A stretch of DNA of 22,375 nt from a bacterium (GTDB lineage Bacteria; Zhuqueibacterota; Zhuqueibacteria; Oceanimicrobiales; Oceanimicrobiaceae): contig JBHHXN010000083.1 of assembly GCA_046757025.1 (NCBI GenBank), forward strand, positions 1 to 22,375. The letters are read 5' to 3'. The position numbers were made by a program, and so were the translations under genes. The notes under the pieces are model-generated. The model saw nothing but the letters and a program-made list of their open reading frames with translations, was not told the DNA's origin and did not search any database. Each line of letters starts with the position of its first letter. Position 1 is the stretch's first letter. Shown here piece by piece: positions 1 to 8,695 of the stretch.

Positions 1-1
1 A

Positions 2-1219
2 ACAGGTCACAATTTGTCCGCTCCAGGATAACGAAGCCCCTGACCGAGTCGGGCCAGTTTTGCCAAAATGTAATCCTATTGGCAAAACGTCAGCGGCCGT
101 CACGACACCGTCATTATTCGTGTCACCTGGCCAAACTTTACAGCCACATTGAATGGTGGTACTGGCTGTGGCGGAGGCAAATGTAAGCGGATTTCCACCT
201 GCATCGTTTGCCGTTATATTGGATAGAGACCAAGTTACGTCTGTTGGATCGGGTGTGGTCGCCAGAGAGATAAATTTCATCCACACGATGGAGCCGCTGC
301 CACTCACCCCGCCCGTACCAGACTTGCGGCTCACCCCCACGCTTACCTTCCCGCTGGCGTCATCAGGTGTTGCAATAAATATCAGATCGCTGCCAAGCAA
401 ATTTCCGGGACCCGTATCAGGGTTGGACGTCTGAGCGGCTACATAATCAATATACATGGTTGGGTAGTTCAGCTCAATACTGACCCCGAACAGATTGGTT
501 ACGGGATTTGGATCGCCTACGACAACAGTAACCCAGAATTCCTCTCCACATTGCGCGCTCGGAGGTGCGTCCGTTTTTATGGAAGCTGTTGCAGAGGAGG
601 TAACCGCCGTTAAAGATACACTGGCAAACGCGCCGTTCCCAAAGGTGCCGTTGCCCTGGGCATAGGTAGGAGTAGCAGCATATTCCGTGTCGCTACTCTG
701 AACCCAGATATTAAAAGTCATACTATCGCCGATGACATAGCCGTCCACATCGCCGGTTTGGGAGTCGTCGATCCAGGCAATGAGCGCCAGGGGCGCCGCG
801 CCAGTCCAGACCGAAGCGCCCACACAAAGACCCGCCGGAGTAAATACGCCTATTTCATCCCCACTCTCTAACGAAGCTCCGTCGATGGTCGCAGCCGTAA
901 CCACGATGCTGTAGCTGTCGCCGGTGTTTGCTTTAAAGGTAAAATGCTGAAGACGAGCTTCCTTTGCAGAACCGCTCAGGTAACCAGCAGAAAGAGCGTA
1001 CTGGGTACTGGCAGAATTCCCAATAGTCGAAGGCTGACCCGCGGCATCTTCTAATTTATAGTTTGTTGAAATTGAAGGGTCTCCCGCTGTATCAAGCACA
1101 TCCTTCAGCAACGCATAGTTTGCGCTGGATTGTGCATTCGCTGGCCCTAACCCCATAATAAAAAACTGTAGTTGGAGAAACAACACAATCCCTCCAATCC
1201 CTTTGTTATATCGCATCAT
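2..1219 (-). CDS. Secreted modular protein with cohesin-like and dockerin-like domains (3'-partial, runs off the left edge; absent from the ORF track)
   Basis: Manual translation: ATG at 1219 preceded by AAGGAGAA, and the frame is open for 406 codons to the window edge. Order of parts: signal peptide MMRYNKGIGGIVLFLQLQFFIMGLGPANA|Q; short 'SSANYALLKDVLDTAG...AGQPSTIG...YALSAGY' module; a 'GDEIGVFTPAGLCVGASVW' domain; cohesin-like 'EEFWVTVVVGDPNPVTNLFGVSIELNY...GSGSIVWMKF'; dockerin-like 'VWPGDTNNDGVVTAADVLPIGLHFG'. Confidence 0.9.
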   Translation of the reverse strand, partial: MMRYNKGIGGIVLFLQLQFFIMGLGPANAQSSANYALLKDVLDTAGDPSISTNYKLEDAAGQPSTIGNSASTQYALSAGYLSGSAKEARLQHFTFKANTGDSYSIVVTAATIDGASLESGDEIGVFTPAGLCVGASVWTGAAPLALIAWIDDSQTGDVDGYVIGDSMTFNIWVQSSDTEYAATPTYAQGNGTFGNGAFASVSLTAVTSSATASIKTDAPPSAQCGEEFWVTVVVGDPNPVTNLFGVSIELNYPTMYIDYVAAQTSNPDTGPGNLLGSDLIFIATPDDASGKVSVGVSRKSGTGGVSGSGSIVWMKFISLATTPDPTDVTWSLSNITANDAGGNPLTFASATASTTIQCGCKVWPGDTNNDGVVTAADVLPIGLHFGKTGPTRSGASLSWSGQIVTC

Positions 1220-1523
1220 TTCTATTCTCCTTCAATTGGTTAATCTTAGCAATTCAGCAGGAACAGGTTTATTTATTGGTAAATGTTCAGCCACCCCTGA
1301 ACAAACAAGGGCTGTTATTCTGTAAGAATTTTTTTAGAAATCGTCAATCATTACTTACTCAAGTTTCGCAGAAGATAGTTGAGCTTGCGTACAATATGTA
1401 ATGAGTGTACTTTTACATAGATAATAGTTTGTTTTTATGTTCTTTATGACAACAGTTCCAAACATGTTCAAAATCGAATATTATTAAGAATCAAACACCA
1501 TAGTATCTATTGAACGATTAACT

Positions 1524-1608
1524 TTTAGCCACGGATTGACCCAGATTGAACACGGATTCTCTTTTTCTGCTTAAAATCCATGTTCGTCCGTGATAATCCG
1601 TGGCCAAA
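1524..1608. repeat. Imperfect palindromic (REP-like) element built from CACGGAT units
   Basis: Left arm TTTAGCCACGGATTGACCCAGATTGAACACGGATT (1524-1558) pairs imperfectly with right arm AATCCATGTTCGTCCGTGATAATCCGTGGCCAAA (1575-1608). Confidence 0.75.
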
Positions 1609-1861
1609 GCATTTTCGTCTTTTTCAAGCAGGGCTAAAAACTCGAAACAGATGGAAAAACTATAATCCCAAGGCAAAACAGCTTGAAATGGAATGCATCG
1701 TCATCATTTTATTATGTAAAATTTATATCGATATTTTTCCAGTAAATCGAGTAACTAAAACAATGATTTAGATAAGTGCGAAACTTGAGTAACTTATAAA
1801 CCACATCTCTGGAGCAAATCAAAAAGGTTCCTCCTGAATGACAACAGGGTTCGGTGAACAT

Positions 1862-3820
1862 TTACTTTAATCTATTCTTATCCCCTATATTGTATTCTTT
1901 CACTGACTCTATGGACATGGTCTCAGGCATGCCAAGCTCTTTTGGGTTCAAATATTTTCCTCGTTCCAGGTGGGGCTTATCCTCTTCCACCGGAATGCGG
2001 TGAGCGTTGGCGAAAGCGTCCTGTCGGATGCCGGTCACCTGCCAGGAGACCTTCATCCCCGGCGTACCGCCCGCAATTCGGAAGCGATTACCAGAGATTT
2101 CTTCGGCAACATACAGATTTGGACCTGGCGCGCCAATAGCGGTGAGCTGGTAGCGGAAGTCCTTATTCAGAACATCGAACCATTCAGGCATGGTGACCAC
2201 CGCTTCTCCCTTGGCATCAAGTGCGATATTGCCGTTGTAAATATTCATCATGTCGGGCGATTCGACAAAAGAGTGGCTGAGGTACTTGTTTGCCGGGTCG
2301 AGCGGATGGTCAATCTTAAAGCTGCCCGCGGCCTTTGAGAGGGTGCCACTTACATAAACATTACCACTAAAGTAACCGGCATAACCGCTAGTACTTTTGC
2401 CCCATATCCCGTAAGCCTGGCTGCCATTATTTGCCTCTCCAAGGACACCCGTACTATTGTTACCACTGCTCGTACCTTTTACTCCATTCCCAGAAGTCCC
2501 GCTAGCAGAGGTACTGCCCAGAACACCGTTTTTACTGCTACTTTGACCAGTGACCCCGTGGCCGTTACTGCTATGGCCATAAACACCGCTGCCGGACGAG
2601 GCGTTTGTTTGGCCTTCAACACCGTGGCCGTTGGTGCTATTACCTCTCACACCACTAAAATTTGTTGACACACCGCGAACTCCATCGTTACTTGAGCTGG
2701 TACCCAATACACCTGGTTGATTAGTTGACATACCATTGACTCCAATACCATTACTTCCTCCTACGCCGACAACTCCCTCAGCATTGGCGCCGATACCTTT
2801 GCCAAACACACCCTGGCCACCGCTACCAGCAGCCTCACCATAGACTCCGCTATCCTGGCCAAAACCCTTGACACCATCCCCGCTTGCACTCCTGCCCACG
2901 ACGCCGGGTCCCGAGTCACCTTCGCCATATACACCTATGCTACTACCGTAGCCATCTCCCCGTACAGCATTACCTCCCCCGGTGTTTAGCCCCCAAAGGC
3001 TGGGTCCATTTTTGTTATTTGTGACTTTGAAGACGCCATTATTCCAGTTAACACTCCCATTCCAGACTTCGCCGATATGGTTATGACTACTGGCCGCAAA
3101 GTTACTGGCATGCTTTCCGTCTACCATGTCAGCATTGATATTATTACCGTGCCCCATGTTCAGGCCCAGAGTCGTCGTGGGACCGGTTGGATTGGTTACG
3201 GTCATACCCGTGCCCACGTTGATCTGCGAAACGCCGCCAGCCGCACCCACATCATCGGCCCCGTCGGCAAAGCCAGCGGGAACATCTTTCAAATTGTTCC
3301 ACGAGACTCGGTTAGAACCCGTGTTCGGGGGATCCCCGTCAGAAGTATTTAATTCGCCTTTGGTGTAATAATGACTATCGTGATTGTGTACAACAGGAGC
3401 AAATGCGGCCGCATCCTGGCCACCCACTTTATCTGCATCGTGACTCTTCAAAGCGTAGCCGACGCTGAGCAGGCGCTTTCGCGGGGTCATCTCCGCATCC
3501 GTCTCGACTTTCACTCCCAGATAGCGATCCCCGCCACTGAAGACCGAGTAAGGTATCTGGTTGGTGCTGCCCAATGACGTACTGAAATAGCCCTTATCAA
3601 TCACAACCGTTTGCGTCTCAGCCCAGAGCGCCGTTCCACCAGTTGGAACCGAATAGATGGAAAAAGTCATCGACTTACTGCCAGATATAGCATCTCCAGT
3701 GGTGGGATCTTTTAAAATGCCCTGGTAATTGATCAGTTGGGGGACTTGAGCGCTGAGCGTGTTTACAATAAGAAAATGTATCGCCAGCGCCGCCACAAAA
3801 AATAATGTTGATTTTTTCAT
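1862..3820 (-). CDS. Secreted tail-fibre-like protein with GVxG repeats and a C-terminal 'KIDHPLDP' domain
   Basis: The start is probably ATG 3820 (GCAGGAGG-8 nt-ATG) rather than TTG 3838. Signal peptide MKKSTLFF...LSA|Q; N-terminal 'VPQLINYQGILKD' domain; fibre-type motifs 'ADMVDGKHASNFAASSHNH' and 'VHNHD'; 16 GVxG repeats; C-terminal 'GSFKIDHPLDPANKYLSHSFVESPDMMNIYNG'. Confidence 0.85.
   Translation of the reverse strand: MKKSTLFFVAALAIHFLIVNTLSAQVPQLINYQGILKDPTTGDAISGSKSMTFSIYSVPTGGTALWAETQTVVIDKGYFSTSLGSTNQIPYSVFSGGDRYLGVKVETDAEMTPRKRLLSVGYALKSHDADKVGGQDAAAFAPVVHNHDSHYYTKGELNTSDGDPPNTGSNRVSWNNLKDVPAGFADGADDVGAAGGVSQINVGTGMTVTNPTGPTTTLGLNMGHGNNINADMVDGKHASNFAASSHNHIGEVWNGSVNWNNGVFKVTNNKNGPSLWGLNTGGGNAVRGDGYGSSIGVYGEGDSGPGVVGRSASGDGVKGFGQDSGVYGEAAGSGGQGVFGKGIGANAEGVVGVGGSNGIGVNGMSTNQPGVLGTSSSNDGVRGVSTNFSGVRGNSTNGHGVEGQTNASSGSGVYGHSSNGHGVTGQSSSKNGVLGSTSASGTSGNGVKGTSSGNNSTGVLGEANNGSQAYGIWGKSTSGYAGYFSGNVYVSGTLSKAAGSFKIDHPLDPANKYLSHSFVESPDMMNIYNGNIALDAKGEAVVTMPEWFDVLNKDFRYQLTAIGAPGPNLYVAEEISGNRFRIAGGTPGMKVSWQVTGIRQDAFANAHRIPVEEDKPHLERGKYLNPKELGMPETMSIESVKEYNIGDKNRLK
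2390..3000 (-). repeat. Coding GVxG repeat tract (about 10-13 aa period)
   Basis: GVYG, GVVG, GVKG, GVYG, GVFG, GVVG, GVNG, GVLG, GVRG, GVRG, GVEG, GVYG, GVTG, GVLG, GVKG, GVLG, plus the degenerate AVRG and GIWG. Confidence 0.85.
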
Positions 3821-3853
3821 TTTAAATTCCTCCTGCAATTAAAAAATATGATC

Positions 3854-4002
3854 GTCATTGCGAGCTTTTGATGACCTATCGTCATTTTTCTAAAGCAGAA
3901 CAGGTTACCTGTCCATGAAAGTCCCGCGTTTTGTGCGGGACGAAGCAATCTCATGCTGTGCCTAATAAGGAGATTGCTTCGCTGAGAAAAGCTCGCAATA
4001 AC
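3854..4002. repeat. Multi-hairpin palindromic element (GTCATTGCGAG...GAAGCAATCTC type REP/MITE-like)
   Basis: Outer inverted repeat GTCATTGCGAGCTTTT (3854-3869) / AAAAGCTCGCAATAAC (3987-4002), 15/16. Inner perfect 12-bp inverted repeat CGAAGCAATCTC (3941-3952) / GAGATTGCTTCG (3970-3981). Additional hairpin GTCCCGC-N7-GCGGGAC (3921-3941). Confidence 0.85.
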
Positions 4003-4029
4003 ATAAAAAATCGAGTTTTCGGTCAATCA

Positions 4030-7000
4030 CTATTTAACATAAACCGCCTTCTTCACGGCAGCGAAAGATCCCGACTTGATGCGATAAAGGTACACCCCGC
4101 TGGGAACCGAATTGCCTATGGCATCCCGGCCGTCCCATTGAACTTTATGTAATCCTGCCTCCTGAGCCTTATCCACCAGGGTGCGCACCTCTTTGCCTAA
4201 CAGATTGAAAATCTTTAACTCGACGATTCCTGCCACAGGCAATTGATAGGAAATCACTGTACCGGCATTAAACGGATTGGGATAATTCTGCGCCAGGGCA
4301 AAACTGGTCGGTACCGCCGCATTCTGCAAATCAACCACGGCAAAGGCGTGGTCGCCGAATTTCCCGCTGCCTCTGCTAAAGCTGGCACGGAGCGCGATTT
4401 CTTCACCTGCGTCCGCGTCCCAGAACCTGAAGCGCATTTCTTCTCCGATACGATAACCATCCAACCTGTCGGTGCGATCGTCGTCAGCCCAAGCCGTTAT
4501 ACCAACCACGTCGGAGCCATCCCAGACGCCGGCGCCCACACAAAGTCCGCCGGCCGTGAACAGACCCACTTCATCCCCGATCTCAGGCTGCTGATCACGA
4601 ACCTGCAAAGAACGCAAAACCACGCTGTAACTCTCCCCGGTACGCAATTTAAATTTGAAATGCGCTGGTTGCAAAACGCCAGCCACCGACTTGCTCATGG
4701 TTTTATTCGCCATAGCCGTGCTTTGAGGATAAGTCAAAGTCGCATCGCTGTTGAGGTATAGTTTGTAGCCTTCTCCGGGCGTCATATTTCCCAGAGAATT
4801 TATCACGTTGGGGATAAAAAATTTGCCGTCGTCATTTTTGATGATGGCTAATTGAGACAGCACAGAAACCAGAGCGGCTTCCGCTGACATGGGCGTGGCA
4901 GGCAGGTAACTCACGAAATTCCAACCGGCTTTCAAAGTCATAGGGGTATTGGGGGCTACCGGTTTGCCTGTGACTGAAAGCTGACCCGGCGAACTCAGGT
5001 AAATTTTGTAGCCTTCCAGCACGTTCACCTGGCCGATGTTGTTGATGACGTTGGGAATGTAAAACTGCCCGGCGCCATTCACAGCAATTTCTAAATTACC
5101 CACACCGGCCAAAACTTTGTCGATGCTCAAATCCGCGGGCGTCACGTTGAACGAAAGCCAGCTCCAACCCTGAGTCAACGCAAACGCCTGCGTGACGGTG
5201 GTCACCGCTTCTAAAAGTGAAATGCGGGCGTAGGCGCCGTCGCCAAAACTACCGTTACCCACGGAGTATGCCGGCTTCGCCTCGTAGTCGTCTTCTGTGC
5301 CGGCGCTGGCATCCCAAATACGAAAAGACATTTTATCGCCGGCTTTGTAACCGTCCACGGTGCCGGTCTGACTGTCATCCGCCCAGGCGGTCAGAGCCAG
5401 CGGGGTGCTTCCATCCCAGACCGAAGCGCCGACACAAAGGCCTGCCGGCGTAAACACACCGATTTCGTCGCCGTTGGAAAGTTGCGCGCCGTCGAGGGTG
5501 GCATTGTCGATGACCAGGCTGTAGCTTTCCTGAGTCGGAGAAGTGAATGTGAAATGACTCGGACCGATCATCATGGCAAACAGCGTCAAATGCGTCACGG
5601 AGCCACAAAGGATGTTCGCGTTTACATCCACCGGCAGCTTGGTAATGTCCTTCCACTGTCCTGGAGGAGATTCATACACATGCAGCCTGAGTTTCGCTTC
5701 TTCTGCTGGCGTCATGCCGGCATCGTTGTATGGAATGCAGATGGTGATGTTGCCGGTAAAACTGGCAGTGGAATTGATATCAAAGTAAACCGGCAGTCCA
5801 GATGGCATAATCTTGAAGCCACTGGGCGGCGGCGGTCCGCTGGTTTTAACATCCAGCGTGGTCTCCCCAGGATTGGTTACATTTTCAAAGGTCACTTTCA
5901 CACCGTTACCCACATCCACTTCCACATTTTTACCTGGTGCGGTGTTACCTGCTGAGCTTATTGTAAAAACCGCATTGCCGATATCGAACGGGTTTCCATC
6001 TGTTGCATCCGAAATCTTGACCACACAATTTGTGGAAGGTTCATTGGGAACGGTCCAGGCGTAGCTGCCGTCATTGGCCGTAGAGCTCACAACTGATTTG
6101 TAGTTCGCGCCGCCGTTGGTTGAATATTCAATTTTTACCGGGTCGCTGAAATTCTGACTGCTCCAGGTAATGTTGTGCTGCGACCCCACCAGCCAATCCT
6201 CGCCGCCGTTGGGCGAAGTCACACTGATACTGGCTCCCGCCACAATCTCAAATTTAGCGTTGCTGATATCCGAGGGATTTCCATCGGTGGCATCCGAAAT
6301 CCGCACGAAACAGTTCGCAGAGGGCTGGTTGGGAATGGTCCAGTTGTAACTGCCATCGTTGGCCGTGCTGGAAACAAGGGTTGTATAATTCGAGCCGCCG
6401 TTAGTGGAATACTCAATCTTAACCGGATTGCTGAGATTCTGACTGCTCCAGGTAATGTTGTGCTGCGACCCCACTTGCCATTTCTCACCACCGTTGGGAG
6501 AGGTTACTGTCAAAGACTCTTGAGGAGGCGGTGGCGTTCCGCCCTCCGCGCAGACATTGTCGATGAGCCAGCTTCGGTTGCCACCGCATTCGATTGGGAC
6601 TTCGCCTGCGCCTGTCAGGCGAATTCGCACTTGTTTCACCTTGTACTTTGGGTCTGACAGGAAGGCCGGTTTCCAGACAAAGTGATGCGACGTACCGAGA
6701 TTGATGGCGTGAAACACAAAATTTGTACCATCGTGTTCGGCAAACAAGTGCAAAGAATTGTCGGTGGTGTCGATGACGCGCAACTGCAACTGTGCAAAGT
6801 GAAAATTGGGCGGGTCGCCACAAACGCTGCCGGAGGTGCGCTGGATGTCGATGCTGTAGCCCGAGATGTTCTGCCAGGATGATGCCGAGCTCAAATCGGG
6901 CGACTCCAGATAAATGTCGTGCATACCCGAAGAAGAGCCGTCTATGACGAGGGGATTCGCCGCAGCCGACAGCCGATTTTGGTTATTGGTGAGTACAAAT

Positions 7001-8223
7001 CCAATGGTGGGTGTTTTCTTCGTTTGTGTACTGGTATCATAAATTTGATCGACACTCCAATTCTGAGTGGTGTTGTCGTTGAAATCAAAACACGTGGGAA
7101 TGGTCGGCGGTGGTGGCGGCGTACCAGTCAGTTTGGCAATCCAGGCTTCGCCAAAACCGCTCGGGTTGGTGCCTTCGCCGACGATAGTCAAACCGTCATC
7201 GGAGATGCCGGTGGCGGTGTTGAGCGTCCAGCCTATGAGGTCGAGCCCGTACGTCTCACTGAGAACAAGCTTCAGATCACGCATTCCGTTTGTCGCGTCC
7301 CAAATGAACGCAACTCCTCCGGAACTGGCGTTGACAAATCCGACAACCACACTGCCGTCGCTGGAAACGTCCAGAGCTTTGCTCAAAGTTTTTGGATTCG
7401 GCGCAGGCAGAAAACCCAGACCCTGCATGGGCCCGCCGGGTAAAGTGTAACGGAACGCCTCTTTTGCCCCAGAAACGGAGCTGGCACCCCAACCCACAAC
7501 AACCTTGCCGTTTGCAGAGATGGCCATGGCTTCGCTGTCATTGGCGTGCGCCCCAGGTAAAAAGCCCATGCCGACCATGGGTCCGGGCGTGTCATAATAG
7601 AAGGCCTCCATGCTCGCCCCACTGCGGTTGCTGCCCCCCACCGCGATGGCGTCTCCGCCCGACGACCAGACGTCGTTGGCCGCGCTCACGCTGCCGCCGG
7701 ACAAATGCCCCAGACCGGTCATGCCAAAAGCAAACAACCAGAGAAAGGCTTCTTTGTTTGCTGACGAGCCCTGGCCGACAATCACACCGCCGTTCGCGGC
7801 AATGCCCCGGCCTTCGCTGTTGAACTGGCCGCCGAGCAAATCGCCCAGGCCTACCATGGGGCCGGGAGCTACCCAGCGAAAGGCTTCCACATTGCTGCCG
7901 CCGGAGTTGCTGGAATTGCTCCAGCCGGTGATGACCGATCCGTCGGTGGAAACCGCTATCGCATAACTGTTGTTCCCACCCGGTAAAAATCCTAAGCCTT
8001 TAATCCCGTCGGGATCGGTCCATCGAAATGCCTGCGGCCCGCCGGAGTTGCTGACGCCAACCACCACTTTACCATCGGCAGAAACGTCCATGGCCAGGCT
8101 GGAAACCGTTCCTCCGGGCAGATCGCCCAATCCTTTAAAACTCTGGGCTAACGCCATTGAAGTTGTCCATAAAAACATGCTTCCGATGATTGCAAAAATA
8201 CTTTTTTTTGTAAAAACACGCAT
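4030..8223 (-). CDS. Large secreted modular protein: HAF-type repeats, Ig-like domains, C-terminal FlgD-Ig/T9SS type A-like sorting domain
   Basis: 1397-aa ORF, RBS GCGGAGG, signal peptide ending ALA|Q. About seven 'LGxLPGG..S.A..VSxDGxVVVG' HAF-like repeats; Pro linkers; a jelly-roll-like domain; two 'VTSPNGGE.W..GS.HNITW' Ig-like domains; two 'GDE[IV]G.FT..GLCVGA' domains; two 'L..GW...S' repeats; C-terminal 'FALAQNYPNPFN...WDGRD...PSGVYLYRI'. Confidence 0.9.
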   Translation of the reverse strand: MRVFTKKSIFAIIGSMFLWTTSMALAQSFKGLGDLPGGTVSSLAMDVSADGKVVVGVSNSGGPQAFRWTDPDGIKGLGFLPGGNNSYAIAVSTDGSVITGWSNSSNSGGSNVEAFRWVAPGPMVGLGDLLGGQFNSEGRGIAANGGVIVGQGSSANKEAFLWLFAFGMTGLGHLSGGSVSAANDVWSSGGDAIAVGGSNRSGASMEAFYYDTPGPMVGMGFLPGAHANDSEAMAISANGKVVVGWGASSVSGAKEAFRYTLPGGPMQGLGFLPAPNPKTLSKALDVSSDGSVVVGFVNASSGGVAFIWDATNGMRDLKLVLSETYGLDLIGWTLNTATGISDDGLTIVGEGTNPSGFGEAWIAKLTGTPPPPPTIPTCFDFNDNTTQNWSVDQIYDTSTQTKKTPTIGFVLTNNQNRLSAAANPLVIDGSSSGMHDIYLESPDLSSASSWQNISGYSIDIQRTSGSVCGDPPNFHFAQLQLRVIDTTDNSLHLFAEHDGTNFVFHAINLGTSHHFVWKPAFLSDPKYKVKQVRIRLTGAGEVPIECGGNRSWLIDNVCAEGGTPPPPQESLTVTSPNGGEKWQVGSQHNITWSSQNLSNPVKIEYSTNGGSNYTTLVSSTANDGSYNWTIPNQPSANCFVRISDATDGNPSDISNAKFEIVAGASISVTSPNGGEDWLVGSQHNITWSSQNFSDPVKIEYSTNGGANYKSVVSSTANDGSYAWTVPNEPSTNCVVKISDATDGNPFDIGNAVFTISSAGNTAPGKNVEVDVGNGVKVTFENVTNPGETTLDVKTSGPPPPSGFKIMPSGLPVYFDINSTASFTGNITICIPYNDAGMTPAEEAKLRLHVYESPPGQWKDITKLPVDVNANILCGSVTHLTLFAMMIGPSHFTFTSPTQESYSLVIDNATLDGAQLSNGDEIGVFTPAGLCVGASVWDGSTPLALTAWADDSQTGTVDGYKAGDKMSFRIWDASAGTEDDYEAKPAYSVGNGSFGDGAYARISLLEAVTTVTQAFALTQGWSWLSFNVTPADLSIDKVLAGVGNLEIAVNGAGQFYIPNVINNIGQVNVLEGYKIYLSSPGQLSVTGKPVAPNTPMTLKAGWNFVSYLPATPMSAEAALVSVLSQLAIIKNDDGKFFIPNVINSLGNMTPGEGYKLYLNSDATLTYPQSTAMANKTMSKSVAGVLQPAHFKFKLRTGESYSVVLRSLQVRDQQPEIGDEVGLFTAGGLCVGAGVWDGSDVVGITAWADDDRTDRLDGYRIGEEMRFRFWDADAGEEIALRASFSRGSGKFGDHAFAVVDLQNAAVPTSFALAQNYPNPFNAGTVISYQLPVAGIVELKIFNLLGKEVRTLVDKAQEAGLHKVQWDGRDAIGNSVPSGVYLYRIKSGSFAAVKKAVYVK
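5955..6516 (-). repeat. Tandem 285-bp (95-aa) intragenic duplication of an Ig-like (Kre9/KNH-like) domain
   Basis: A 39-bp identical block lies at 6151-6189 and 6436-6474, and the two protein units align without gaps. Confidence 0.9.
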
Positions 8224-8311
8224 GATAACCCTCCGCAGTTTTTTATTTCAGAGTAAAATCAAGTACATCACTTCTCAATACAAGACTATATTAAAAATTA
8301 ATATTTTGTCC

Positions 8312-8451
8312 GGGGCTGTCCCTAAAGTCTATTTCTCTTCATCCTGAGCGGAGTCTAGGATGCTTAAACTTATTAATTACAAAATGTTTACCCAAATAAA
8401 TTTTGGATCTCCGCATACCGCATTTTAGCACTATCGACTTTTTGCACATCC
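8312..8451. repeat. Possible degenerate MITE/REP-like element
   Basis: GGCTGTCCCTAAAGTC (8314-8329) matches the reverse complement of GACTTTTTGCACATCC (8436-8451) at 12/16. Internal hairpin CATCCTGAGCGGAGTCTAGGATG (8340-8362). Confidence 0.35.
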
Positions 8452-8695
8452 GTGGATCGGCCATTTTACAATTTGCAAATTAGTTAAATCAAGGCAGAAA
8501 ACGAGTACAAAAAACGCTTACAAGTTTCCTTCGAAACAATTTGACTTTTCTTTTAGTACGTTTGAGATTTTTAGATTACATAATTTTCATGAAAAGTTTT
8601 TATTGCTTTTAGCCGTTAAAGGAATTAACTTTTCAATCAAAATGTTAATTGTGTAATTTGAGAATGAATTTCGTATTCATTGTAAAGGTAGGTAT

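Noticed and set aside
50..70. Apparent frameshift or stop near the left edge of the first gene
   Set aside because: Recounting the T4 run at 58-61 keeps the frame open (HFGKTGPTRSGASLSWSGQIVTC).
1580..1771. 63-aa plus-strand ORF
   Set aside because: It starts inside the hairpin element, lies in AT-rich intergenic DNA and has no recognisable motif.
1862..3820. Prophage or tailocin remnant
   Set aside because: The fibre-like protein has a Sec signal peptide and no other phage structural or lysis genes are nearby.
3817..4026. 69-aa minus-strand ORF (VIAS...RLLR...LAMT)
   Set aside because: It is the translation of the palindromic element and not a credible gene.
5955..6516. Diversity-generating retroelement template/variable repeat pair
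   Set aside because: Both copies are in-frame coding domains, the differences are not confined to adenines, and there is no reverse transcriptase in the window.
8663..8681. AATGAAT-N5-ATTCATT dyad before the sigma gene
   Set aside because: It is short and AT-rich, which is too weak to call as an operator.
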